Part shown: one piece after another, positions 48,876-60,141 of the stretch | Layout: each line of letters starts with the position of its first letter | Numbering within the stretch: position 1 is the first letter of the stretch | NCBI RefSeq assembly: GCF_009914755.1 | Contig: NC_060948.1 | DNA length: 64,000 nt | From: the human T2T-CHM13v2.0 reference genome, Homo sapiens | Strand: one strand, 5' to 3' | Notes under the pieces: generated by a model | The model's input: the letters and a program-made list of their open reading frames with translations, nothing else | Database searches by the model: none | Told to the model about the DNA's origin: nothing | Made by a program: the position numbers and the translations under genes

Positions 48876-50360
48876 GTAAGAAGGTTTTACGTGACTAAAT
48901 AATGAGTACTTACTTATTTCAGTACGAAGACTAAGTCATTATTTAGTCTTAACTAAATAACCTCTGGAAGTGTGTCTTTACCTTCAGAATGTGTGCCTAA
49001 TAACTACAAGTTTTATTTATACACTTTCCTGCAGCGAATTAGATTTTCTTGCATGTGATCAACTTCTTTCCCTCAACATAGTTATCTCAGAGTTTTGTTG
49101 AAGAAAACTTTATCATATTGAGATTTTGCTTTCCTATAAAGCAAAGTTGAGGTTGCACAAACTCAGTATTATTAAACCGACTTCCCTGTTCCCCCCATAG
49201 TTTTTTGCTTTGTTAGATTCTGGTGTTGCCCAGGAATTTGCATTTCTAGGTATTCAGGCGATGCTGATATGCTAGTTCAGATACTGTGACTTTGAGAGTC
49301 ACTTGCTCTGTGTTAGAAAAGATAGCTTTATTCAGATTTTCCCCTGAGAGCATGAATTAGTATCTCAATTGCTTTTCTACCTTGATTTATTCATTTCCAA
49401 AAGGCAACTAAGTAGAGTTTACCAAGTTTGCTGTAAATATAGCTGAGTTGCATACCATTTGCAGTCACTTAAGTTTTTATTTTGTAAACTTGATTGGACT
49501 AATTATAACATTTCATAAGAAAATGTTGGAACATTCTCTTCTCAAAAATGGTAGAAAGGAAGAAAAACCCATGTAAAAATAACTTTAATGAACTCTTACT
49601 GCTGGCATTTTTAAAACATTTTCTCGTTATTTTTATTATATCAATGATAATATTTATAGCAATAAGTATCATTTAATGGTAGATATTATAATGTATAATG
49701 AATTGATTCAGTTAGATTTTACAATGAGCAGTCTACTCAGTCATCCTATGATACTTCAGTAATGAGATAATATGGCTAAAACAAATTATTTATATTTGGG
49801 TAGAAAAACTGCAAGTAGATGAAAATAGCATCTTCCCTTAATAGTTGGATATGATTTTATGTTCTTTATATATATTTTTAGCTCTTCACTAAAGAGCTTA
49901 TTAGATGATAGAAAAACATAATATGGCTTATTTTAATTAAGATAATTAAAATTGACAGTTATCAGTTTGAAATTATTTTTTCAGAAAGCAGATAGATGTG
50001 CATTCCTTTGGTGAGTTATTTTATATAAAAAAGAAATTAACAATTATAACATTATCTTTGCTTCTATAGGAAAAGTTTTGCTGGTATTTTTGATTAATAG
50101 CCTTGATTTTCTTCGTACTTCATAAGTCATACTTAAAGTCAAAAGGTCCCTTTTGGTTACTTTAAGGAAAATGACAGAGATAATTTGTATCGCATTGCAT
50201 AACAATAATTTTAAATATTTAACATAGCACTATATAGTGAGGTTTAAGACATGAAAACAAAGCAACTTTTTTTTATTATGGCTCAATTTACTCAATTTTG
50301 GATATAGTAACCTAATGATATTTAATAAGGTTACATAAACCTTATCTTTTTTTCTTACAG

Positions 50361-50684
50361 AAAACTATTCGTGATAAAAATTATAAGGTCTTTCAAATAA
50401 AATTGGAGCGGTTAGAGAAGCTGTACAAGGCTCTTCAAATAGAAAGGAATGAACTCAGTGAGAAACTGGGAATTCTGAAAGGGCAGGTCTCTGTGAAAGT
50501 AGCAGATGTAGATTTAGCAGTGCCTGTGACGCATTCCTGTGCTGACCTGGATTCTTCCAATATGCTGAACACTTCCTCTAAAAGAGCCCCAGGAGTCCAT
50601 CTGGAGGCTGACCCCAAAGGAATGAATGAAGTAAAATGCTACTCAAAAGCCCTCTCCACAGGATCTCCTCTAGGCATTGATTAA
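50361..50684 (+). CDS. TXLNGY: TXLNGY exon 10 coding part (KTIRDKNYKVFQIKLERLEKLYKAL...SPLGID*)
   Basis: ttacag|AAA acceptor; open to TAA 50682-84 (ORF track 50403..50684). Confidence 0.95.
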   Translation, partial: KTIRDKNYKVFQIKLERLEKLYKALQIERNELSEKLGILKGQVSVKVADVDLAVPVTHSCADLDSSNMLNTSSKRAPGVHLEADPKGMNEVKCYSKALSTGSPLGID

Positions 50685-51209
50685 GATTAAGTGTGATCAT
50701 TGTACTGATGGATATATTTTGTGTACATGTTTCTCTTTTAGTTGTAACTATTGATTTTGTAATGAAAATTTCCTCTCCTTTTTCTACCATATCTCTGTTT
50801 TTTTAGAACTACTCAACTGTGTGGTAACAGAAAGCTTCTTACCAATTTCCCCAACTATGTTGCACATCAGCCTCATTTTCCCCCTTTATTGGAATGCATG
50901 TTTTCATTGCCTTCTCCTTTCAAAGTGTACGTTTGTGTGTTCATCACCTTAAATTATCTTAATTTGAGACTTTTTTATAATGGTTTCGTAATGTGAAATC
51001 AAATACTAATTTAAACTCTGGAGCCCATAATATCTACATAAAAGAAAATATAAACTGACTAATATTGTCAAGTCATTTAAATGATAAGTAAAACTTCAAT
51101 GGATTAAGAAACAAGCATGGCATATTTGATTCAGATCAGTTTTTTGACAATATTTGTATGACTTTCCAAATTGATGTGACTGTAAACTTTGAATTCCTCA
51201 AAATTGACA

Positions 51210-51211
<2 letters not shown>

Positions 51212-51254
<43 letters not shown>

Positions 51255-51270
51255 CACACACACAGAGAGA
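51212..51270. repeat. (TA)n(CA)n microsatellite in the TXLNGY 3'UTR
   Basis: Directly visible. Confidence 0.95.
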
Positions 51271-52355
51271 TCATTTAAATGTAAATGATGTTAAGAAAAA
51301 CCAAAACAGTAGCATATGCAGGCAAGTCATTGGACCAATAGGCTTAATATTTATGAAACTGACAATTGTTCTGCTTTAGTTTCAGGTTACAATTATGTTT
51401 AAAGAAAAAAAAATCAGTATCTAGATCTCTGCACTTGGCATGGAAAATTTTGAACTATTTATTCCTTAATTTTCTTTTATTTCAGTTTCTCATAGAGCTA
51501 AATGGTTTTACATATATTCTCTTGTCAGATTTGTGGTCTAATAGAGGTAGAAAATGGAAATTTTCCCAGTACTTAGAAATATGGTACTTAGGAAGAAGTC
51601 TAGGATGTGAATTACATATACACTTCCCCTAGTGACTATGATAATCAAGGGGGCAGATAGCAGAGGAAAATAAGTTAACATGAAATTTGACAAATTTTAT
51701 TACTTTGCCAAAATTAGCAAAACAAAAATACTCACCTTCCCCTGCTCACCCCCCAACTTTTTATAAATATTCAATTCAGCTACAAAACAAAATACTGGAC
51801 CCACTTCTTTCAGAAGAGATGAAGATACCTTATATGCCCTAAAGTTAATACCAGCAGTCATATTTTATCAGATGTAAATCTGGATGTAAGCTCTTAATGT
51901 TATACTAAGGCAGTTTCTTAGGCTGTGACACTTCTTTGTGGTACTTGTTTTGTGTGAAAGGTAAATTTTGGGGAGAAAACAATGTGAAAAACAGAACTTG
52001 TTCTGTTGTTTTTGGCATACTGTTTATGTTAGATACACTGTGTTACAATACAATATTACGAAGATCTGCATTGTATTTTGGAATTTGGTTTCCTTTCAGA
52101 ATTATTGCTCTGGCTAGCATTGGAAACAACAACAACAACAAAACCCAAAGGAACCCTTTGCAGAAGATTCCCTTGTAAATGGCCCTGTGGCATGCCCAGT
52201 ATCTGCAATGTTCTAGAATAGAAGTTGGCAAACCTCTCTGTTTGCCAAGCCTGCAGAGTTGAACATGTCCATAAATGTATACAATCTGACCCTGTTTTTT
52301 GGCCCTGTTTCTGGACACTGTAGCTGACCAAGAAAATGTTTAAATGTTGCGATCA

Positions 52356-52361
52356 ATTAAA
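52356..52361 (+). terminator. Candidate poly(A) signal ATTAAA for the long TXLNGY 3'UTR
   Basis: ATTAAA followed by T/GT-rich sequence at the end of about 1.7 kb of largely unique 3'UTR-like DNA. Confidence 0.45.
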
Positions 52362-52725
52362 TTTTTTTGTTGTATCATTCTGGAGTTGTAATATGTATAG
52401 TGGCAGGGGATTCCAAGCTATAGAAAAAACATGAGTCTAGAATGACAGAGTGTGTCATCTTCAAATGTGTATTAATATATTTCTTGATGATGAGACCAAT
52501 ATTTCTAAGTTAATGGAACTATTTTATTACACCTGATAATCACAGTTCAATTCTTGTCTGTTGCAGAATTATCTACCTCTTTCAAACTGTAAATGAAAAT
52601 AACTGTGAAAAAAAGGATGCAGTACTGATAAAAACACTGCTTTGTTTTTATCTCACCTCTTTTTTAAGGATATGATTTTATAAGAGGCAGTTCTCTTTTG
52701 CTTTTCAAGACTTCTGTAGAGTTTG

Positions 52726-52765
52726 TGTTTTTTGTTTTTGTTTTTGTTTTTGTTTTTGTTTTTTT
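52726..52765. repeat. (TTTTTG)n repeat
   Basis: Directly visible. Confidence 0.9.
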
Positions 52766-53316
52766 ACCTAATGTGAATCTTATTTTATCTACTCAACTTC
52801 GTTCAGGTTAACTAAAGATATAGATATAATGGTTAATATAGTAGCCTCTGTGTATTCTTTATAATGAATGTCACCTCAACTGTGTAACAGTGAAGTTCAA
52901 AAATAACTGTTGGAAAAAGTTACTATTTTTAAGGTCTTAAAAAACATAGTTAATTGCACAATTTAAAGATGCGTTACCATCTGGTTAGTTGGCAAAAATA
53001 ACTTCATTCAGTCAGATCTCTGTTAGCATGGCCACTCCCAAACCCCCATTCAAAATAGGTGACCTACCCCTTTTAAAGTGGGTTACTTTAAGATTTCTGT
53101 AGTTTAACTTCTGGCAAGGCTTTTAAGAATCACAGTATTCAAGAAATTTTCTACTATCAGTTAACCTTAGCCTATCCAAATTTACTGGGAACTGAATAGA
53201 TATAAATAGCAGGTGATACTTGTATAAAGAATTTCAGTGTCTTATTATTTAGTCATGGGTGAGCAAAAGTTAATATAACATTATGTAAACAATTAGATAG
53301 CTTTTACTTTCTAGAC

Positions 53317-53835
53317 CAGGGGTTCCCAACCCCCAACTGGTAGTGATCATGGCCTGTTAGGAACCAGGATGCACAGCAGGAGGTGAGCAGCAAGTGGGCA
53401 AGTCAAGCTTCATCTTTATTACAGCCACTCCCCGTTGTGACATTACTGCCTGAACTCCACCTCCTGTAAGATCAACAGCAACATTAGATTCTCATTGGAG
53501 CACTAACCCTGTTGTGCCCTATGCATGTGAGTGATCTATCTTGCATGCTCCTTATAAGAATCTAATGCCTGATGATCTGTCCCCCAAGATGGGACTGTCT
53601 AGTTGCAGGAAAACAAGCTCACAGCTCCCACTGATTCTATATTATGGTGAGTTGTATAATTGTTTTATTATGTATTACAATGTAGTAATAATAGAAATAA
53701 AGTGCAAAATAAATATTATGCATTGAACCATTCCCAAACCATCCTCCTCCCTCCAGCCCCTCAACTGCCCTGTCTGTGGAAAAAATTGTCTTCTATGAAA
53801 CCTGTACCTGCATCCAGAAAAGTTGGGGACTGCTG
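53317..53835 (+). mobile_element. MER1A-type hAT (Charlie) DNA transposon with a perfect 8-bp TSD TTCTAGAC
   Basis: Termini CAGGGGTTCCCAAC / GTTGGGGACTGCTG; TSD at 53309-16 and 53836-43. Confidence 0.9.
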
Positions 53836-54566
53836 TTCTAGACAACACTGAAGGAAAAGTTGAGGCACTTTTAAAAGAGATCAAGAAGTAATGTAATGGA
53901 AAATAGAAATAGGGAGAGCCAAGAATCAGTTTCTATTGAAACAGCCATTAAATAGGCAACAACATCAACTCTTTTGGAACTCTGGAATCTAATATAAACA
54001 GAGACCCCAGGGTACTACTTAGTTTAGAATGAAGAGACTGCTAAAGTTCTCTAAGGATTGTGGCATTTGACTACCTGCCTATTATCCTATATTGTCCACC
54101 TTGGCAATAGTTGTGGAGACAGCAGCCCCACATTACTGGTATAGCTTACTGGCTTTAACAATGTGAATGAAATAAGAACATAACTTGAAGTTAATTTTTT
54201 AAAAAAAGATATCAAAATTTGTGGGTGTAGTAAAAGGAAACTCAGAGCAATGAATATTTGTAAATACATTATAAGATAAGAAAGATCTTCAATTAATAAC
54301 ATGTTCATACCTTAAGGAAAAAGGAAAAAGCAAACTACTAGCTACCAGAGGAAGGAAATCAATATTAGGGTATAGATATGTGAAGCAGATAATATAAAAA
54401 TAATAGAATCTATGAAACCAATGGTTCCTTCTTGGAAAAAGATCAAAGTTGTCAAACCTTTAACTGAACTTCCCGAAAATGAAAGAAGATGTAAATAAGT
54501 AAAATTAGAAATGAAAGTCGGGACATTACTACTCCACAGTAAAAATGGCTATAAGAAAATACTATG

Positions 54567-54857
54567 GAGCCAGGTGTGGTGGCTCACACCTGTAATGCTA
54601 GCACTTTGGTATGCTGAGGCAAGTGGATCGCTTGAGTTCAGGAGTTCAAGACCAGCCTGGGTAACATAGCAAATGCCTGTCTCTACAAAAAAATACAAAA
54701 TTAGCCAGTGGTAGTGGATGCCTGTAGTCCTAGCTACCTGGGTGGCTGAGGCAGAAGGATCCCCTGAGCCCAGGAGTTGGAGTCTACAGTGAGTTGTGAT
54801 CCTGACGGTGCACTCCAGCCTGGGCAACAGAGGGAGACACTGTCTCAAAACAGAAAA
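54567..54857 (+). mobile_element. AluJ-like inside an old L1M fragment
   Basis: Alu consensus; approximate TSD AGAAAATACT(A/G)TG. Confidence 0.9.
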
Positions 54858-54914
54858 TACTGTGAACAATTGTATGCCAACAAATTAGATAATTTTGATG
54901 AAATGTATACATTC

Positions 54915-56508
54915 TTTTTTTATATACTTTAAGTCTGGGGTACATGTGCAGAATGTGCAGATTTGTTACATAGGTATACACATGGAATGGTGGTTTGCTG
55001 CACCCATCAACTGATCATCAACATTAGGTATTTCTCCTAAAGCTATCCGTCACCTAGCCCCCCACCCCACAACAGGCCCTGGTGTGTGATGTTACCCTCC
55101 CTGTGTCCATGTGTTCTCATTGTTCAACTCCCACTTATGAGTGAGAACCTCTTCCCCTTCCGCTTCCCTTCCCTCCCTTTTTATCTGAGGTGGAGTCTCA
55201 GTGTGTCACCAAGCAGGCACGATCTCATCTCACTGCAACCTCCACTTGAGTTCAAGCAATTCCTCTGTCTCAGCCTCCCAAGTGGCTGGGACTATAGGCC
55301 TGCATCACCATGCCCAGCTAATTTCTGTATTTGTAGTAGAGATAGGGTTTCACCATGTTGGTCAGGATGGTCTCGATCTCTTGACCACAGATGGTCCACT
55401 TGCCTCGGCCTCCCCAAATGCTGGAATTACAGGCATGAGCCACCAGGCCTGTCCTTGGTTTTCTGTTGTTGTGTTGGTTTGCTGAGAATGATGATTTCCA
55501 GCTTCATCCATGTCCTTACAAAGGACGTGAACTCATTCTTTTTCATGGCTGCATACTATTCCATGGTATATATGTACCACATTTTCTTTATCCAGTCTAT
55601 CACTGATGGGCATTTGGGTTGGTTCCAAGGCTTTGCTATTGCAAATAGGACTGCAATAAACATAAGTGTGCATGTGTCTTTATAGCAGAATGATTTATGA
55701 TCCTTTGGGAATATATCCAGTAATGGGATTGCTGGGTCAAATGGTATTTCTGCGTCTAGATCCTTGAGAAATTGCCAAACTGTCTTCCACAATGGTTGAA
55801 CTAATTTACACTCACACCAACAGCATAAAAGCATTTCTGTTTTTCAGTGGCTTCGCCAGCATCTGTTGTTTCCTGACTTTTTAATAATTGCCATTCTAAC
55901 TGGTGTGAGATGGTATCTCATTGTGTTTTTGATTTGCCTTTCTCTAATCGCCAGTGATGATGAGCTTTTTTTCTGTTTTTTGGCTGCATAAATGTCTTCT
56001 TTTGAGAAATATCTGTTCATGTCATTTGCTCACTTTTTGATGGCGTTGTTTGTTTTTTTTTAACTGTAAATTTGTTTAAGTTTCTTGTAGATTCTAGATA
56101 TTAGACTTGTTTGTCAAATGGGTAGCTTACAAAAGTTTTCTCCCATCCTGTACATTGCCTGTTCACTCTTATGATAGTTGCTTTCGCTGTGCCGAAGATC
56201 TGTTGTTCAGTTAGATTCCATTTGACAATTTTGGCTTTTGTCGCCATTGCTTTTGGTGTTTCAGACATGAGGTCTTTGCCCGTGCCTATGTCCTGAATGG
56301 TATGTGCCAAATTTTCTTTATCCAGTCTATCATTGATGGGCCCTTGGGTTGGTTCCAAGTATTTGCTATTGTAAACAGTGCCACAATAAACATACATGTG
56401 CATGTGTCTTTATAGTAGCATAATTTATAAACCTTCGGTTATATACCCAGTAATGGGATTGCTATGTCAAATGATATTTCTAGTTCTAGATCCTTGAGGA
56501 ATCGCCAC
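54915..56508 (-). mobile_element. L1PA 3' portion with a nested Alu (~55150-55450), joined at ~56300 to a second L1 segment
   Basis: L1 3'UTR and ORF2 C-terminus (ORF 55556..55834); 56304-56508 repeats the L1 region seen at ~55575-55790. Confidence 0.88.
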
Positions 56509-56583
56509 ATGATCTAGCACAGAAAATCTGGAACAGAGCTATAAGAAACAGACTGAATCAGTAATCAAAACACTCACACTTCT

Positions 56584-57197
56584 GGGCCCCGGGGCTCATG
56601 TTTATAATTCCAGCCTTTTCAGAGGCTGAGGTGGGTAGATCTCTTCAGCGTGGGAGGATGAGGCAGCAGTGAGCTGAGATGACAGCACTGCACTCCAGCC
56701 TGGATAACAGAGTGAGACCCTTTCTCACAAAAATACACACACAAAAAACAAAAAATACTCCTTACACAAACTAAGACCTGATAGCTTCAATGTCCAAAAA
56801 ATGGAAAAAGAGTGAACACTTCCAACCTCATTCTATAAAACACTACTCTGATAAAAACAATCTTCATGATCATATAGACTGATACAGAAAAGTCATTTTA
56901 AAGTACCATCCTTCCATGACTAAAAACACTCAAAAACTAGAAATAAGGGGAACATAGGAACTTTCTTAACATGATAAAGGACTTCCTCAAACAAGCCACA
57001 CTGCAGCCTTGACCTCCTGGGCTCAAAAAATCCACCTGCCTCAGCCTCTCATGTAACTGGGACTACAGGCATGCACCACCATGACTGGCTTTCATTTTGT
57101 TGCCCAGGCTTGTCTCAAACTCCTGTAATCAAGTGACACTCCTACCTCAGCCTCCCCAAATCCTGGGATTGTAGACCTGAGCCACCATGCTTGGCTA
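56584..57197. mobile_element. Two partial Alu/FRAM-type fragments (56584-56745 +, 56995-57197 -) within old L1 sequence
   Basis: Partial Alu arms. Confidence 0.7.
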
Positions 57198-57649
57198 AGA
57201 GCATTTAGAAAACACAATTAACATTTAAGTTATTACTAACTATAGGCACCTTGTGAATTGCATGCCTATATCAAAACATCTCATGTACCCCCCATAAATA
57301 TATATACCTACTACGCAATAACAAAAAAAATGTAAAAACCACAATTAAAGTACTTGAACAACAGTCTTCCCCTGAGGTTAAGAACAAGAAAAGTCTCTTA
57401 TTTTTTAGTATTTTATTGATTTTCAAGGTTTTAAAAATCACACAAACACTACATGATTTTATAAGAATTACCATTACTGCAATAAGTGAAAAATGTAACT
57501 AACAAAATTGTTATCATTCTCCTGTCCTCACCCTCTCAGTCCCCAGAGGAGCCTCCTGTAAAGGATACCCATTTTTACTTTTTATAAGACATACAGTATT
57601 TTATGAGTATTTTACGAGACTTACAAGCCATAAGAGTTAGGCCAGGAAA

Positions 57650-58675
57650 AGACATGACATTACCATATAACAGGTATTTGTGTCTTTATATACCAGCAAT
57701 GAAATTGGTGAAAGTTTTCAAAATTGAAAATTTAGAAAATAATTTTAATTACAATGTTTTGAGAGTAACATATACTCAAATTTATTGAGAGGTAAATTAC
57801 TTGTACACAGAAAACTACAAAATAGTGCTGAAAATAATTAAAGAAGTTCTTAAGTAAATAGAAAGATATGCCATATTCATAAAATATGTTATTAAAAGTC
57901 TAAAGGCTTTTAATGCAAAAATGGAAAAGCCCATCCTCAGAATTATATAGAATTGCAAGGAATCCCAAATAATCAAGTTGAAAGACTCACACTGCTTGAT
58001 TTCAACACCTACAATAAGCCAGTAATTGAAATAGTGCAATAGAATAAAAATAGTCATATAAATCAATTTAATAGAATTGATAATTAAGGACAAACTTGTC
58101 TCTCTATGCCTAATTGATTTTCAACAAAGGTGCCTAAGATAATTTGATTGGGCTTTGGCACTTCTAGAAATGGTGCTGGAAGAAAAGAAGAGCTCTATGT
58201 AAAAGAATGACATCATGCTTGTTTCTTATATAATTAAGATGGCTCAAAAACCTAGATGCAACAGCTAAAACTATACAATTTAGAATTAAACATAGGAAAC
58301 TACTTGAATAAAATCTTTATGTCCTTGAGTTTGGCATTAAATTCTTAGTTATGACACCAAAAGCATGAGCAAATAATAATAATAATAAAATTGGACCTCA
58401 AAATTAAAAAGTTTATTGCATCAAAAAATTAGAAAGTAAGTAGATAAATATTTGTAAATATTTTGTCTCATTTTATAGATTTATGTCTCATAAAATATGT
58501 CTCCTCTATAAAATTAGACAATATTTCTGTGTTATGTATGTAATAAGAATATGGTATATATATAAAAAAACAACAAAAACCAAATTGGAAAAAATAACTT
58601 GAAAGATTTCTGCATAAAATCTGCATGAAAAGATGTTCAATGTTAGTAATCATTAGGAAAATGCAAATGAAAATA
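57650..58675 (+). mobile_element. Old L1M ORF2 fragments
   Basis: GAAAACTACAAAA..TGCTGAAA, TTGATTTTCAACAAAGGTGCC, ATGACACCAAAAGCA. Confidence 0.7.
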
Positions 58676-58679
58676 ATAT

Positions 58680-59170
58680 TTTTATTAATATTTTATTTCT
58701 TGCAAAGACAATCAAGAACTGCTCAAGAGAACAAACATAAAAGTTATTCTTGAATATTTGCAAACAAGAATTTTAAGAAAATAAGGACCTTAATGGTTAA
58801 CTTAATGGGGAATTTCCTGCTACTTGCATTTTTAAGATAGATACATTTCTTAAGCGACAATTTGTTCCTTAATAGCTAAAATATTATACAAGAAAGTAGC
58901 TCATTTAAAAGTGCTGGAATTAGGGTTTAATGAATGATATGCCTTATTTCTCACTTGCATTTTGCACTTGAAAAATCAAGCTTTCATGTAGAATTACATT
59001 CAATGGAGGATATTTTAAAAGTAGTCCCCAACTCTGCAACAATATTTTCAAGGAAGTCAAGTCATTCCAAACACTGAGAAATAATTCCTTGTACTTTAGG
59101 TTGAAGACATTTGATACCCCGGTTCCAATCCTCTGATGTCTGGCTCTTCATCTTTGTAAATATTTTCAGC
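58680..59170 (-). pseudogene. RBBP7: Relic terminal exon of a Y-linked RBBP7 gametolog: AENIYKDEEPDIRGLEPGYQMSST*, 3'UTR and AATAAA
   Basis: Acceptor ttattatctctag|GCT at 59172-71. Ungapped match to the recalled RBBP7 C-terminus [22 protein letters not shown]. UTR blocks resemble the RBBP7 3'UTR. AATAAA at 58697-58692. Convergent with TXLNGY, as on X. Confidence 0.85.
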
Positions 59171-59545
59171 CTAGAGATAATAAAATTAATTCAAGAGTAA
59201 TGTGGTTTGAATGTTTGTCCAGATTAAATACAGCATATAACAACTGTGTATAATCGTATTTTTGATTAGTTGTTCCAAAATTATTTGGTTAATTATTCAC
59301 TAAAATTTATTCAAAAATGATGCTAGCATTGGAAATTTGGTTTGGACTTTTGGACTTATTTGGAGGGGAATGTATTTACTCATTTCACTTCTCTGTTTTT
59401 CTCCCAGCACTTCAATAACTTCATGAGAAAAAGGCAAGGCAGGTATCTTCAAAAGTTATTTGCAAGTGTATAATAACATATATATCAGCAACCCATGCAC
59501 TACTTTCATTTGTTATTCATACAACATTTTGAAAAAGCATTTTCA

Positions 59546-60141
59546 GGAGGGAGGAGCCAAGATGTCTGAATAAGGAACAGCTCTGGGCTACCGCTCCCAA
59601 CGTGAGCGACACAGAAGACGGGTGATTTCTATATTTCCAACTGAGGGAGGTACCGGGTTCATCTCACTGGGGAGTGCCAGACAGTAGGTGCAGGACAGTG
59701 GGTACTGTGCACTGTGCGTGAGCCAAAGCAGGGTGAGGCATCGCCTCACCTGGGAAGCACAACGGGTCAGGGAATTCCCTTTCCTAGTCAAAGAAAGTGG
59801 TGACAGACAGCACCTAGAAAATTGGGTCACTCCCACCCTAATACTGCGCTTTTCCAACAGGCTTAAAAAACAGCGCACCAGGAGATTATATCCCGCACCT
59901 GGCTTGGAGGGTCCTACCCCACAGAGCATCGCTCATTGCTAACACAGCAGTCGGAGATCAAACTGCAAGGCGGCAGCCAGGCTAGGGGAGGGGTGCCAGC
60001 CATTGCCGAGTTCGTTGTGTGATTAGGTAAACAAAGCAGTGGGAAGCTCGAACTGGGTGGAGCCCACCACAGCTCAAAGAGGCCTGCCTGCCTCTGTAGG
60101 CTCCACCTCTTGGGGGCAGGGCACAGACAAACAAAATGGCA
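59546..60141 (+). mobile_element. Isolated, 3'-truncated L1PA 5'UTR (promoter region only)
   Basis: Starts GGAGGGAGGAGCCAAGATG and follows the L1 5'UTR for ~600 bp. ORF0 remnants on the - strand (MAGTPPLAWLPPCSLISDCC..). Confidence 0.93.

Noticed and set aside
55086-55685. 199-aa ORF, and other short ORFs overlapping Alu elements
   Set aside because: These are translations of antisense L1/Alu sequence.
59171-59545. Penultimate RBBP7 exon (FIHGGHTAKISDFSW..)
   Set aside because: Searched by eye on the - strand and not found before the L1/ERV junction.
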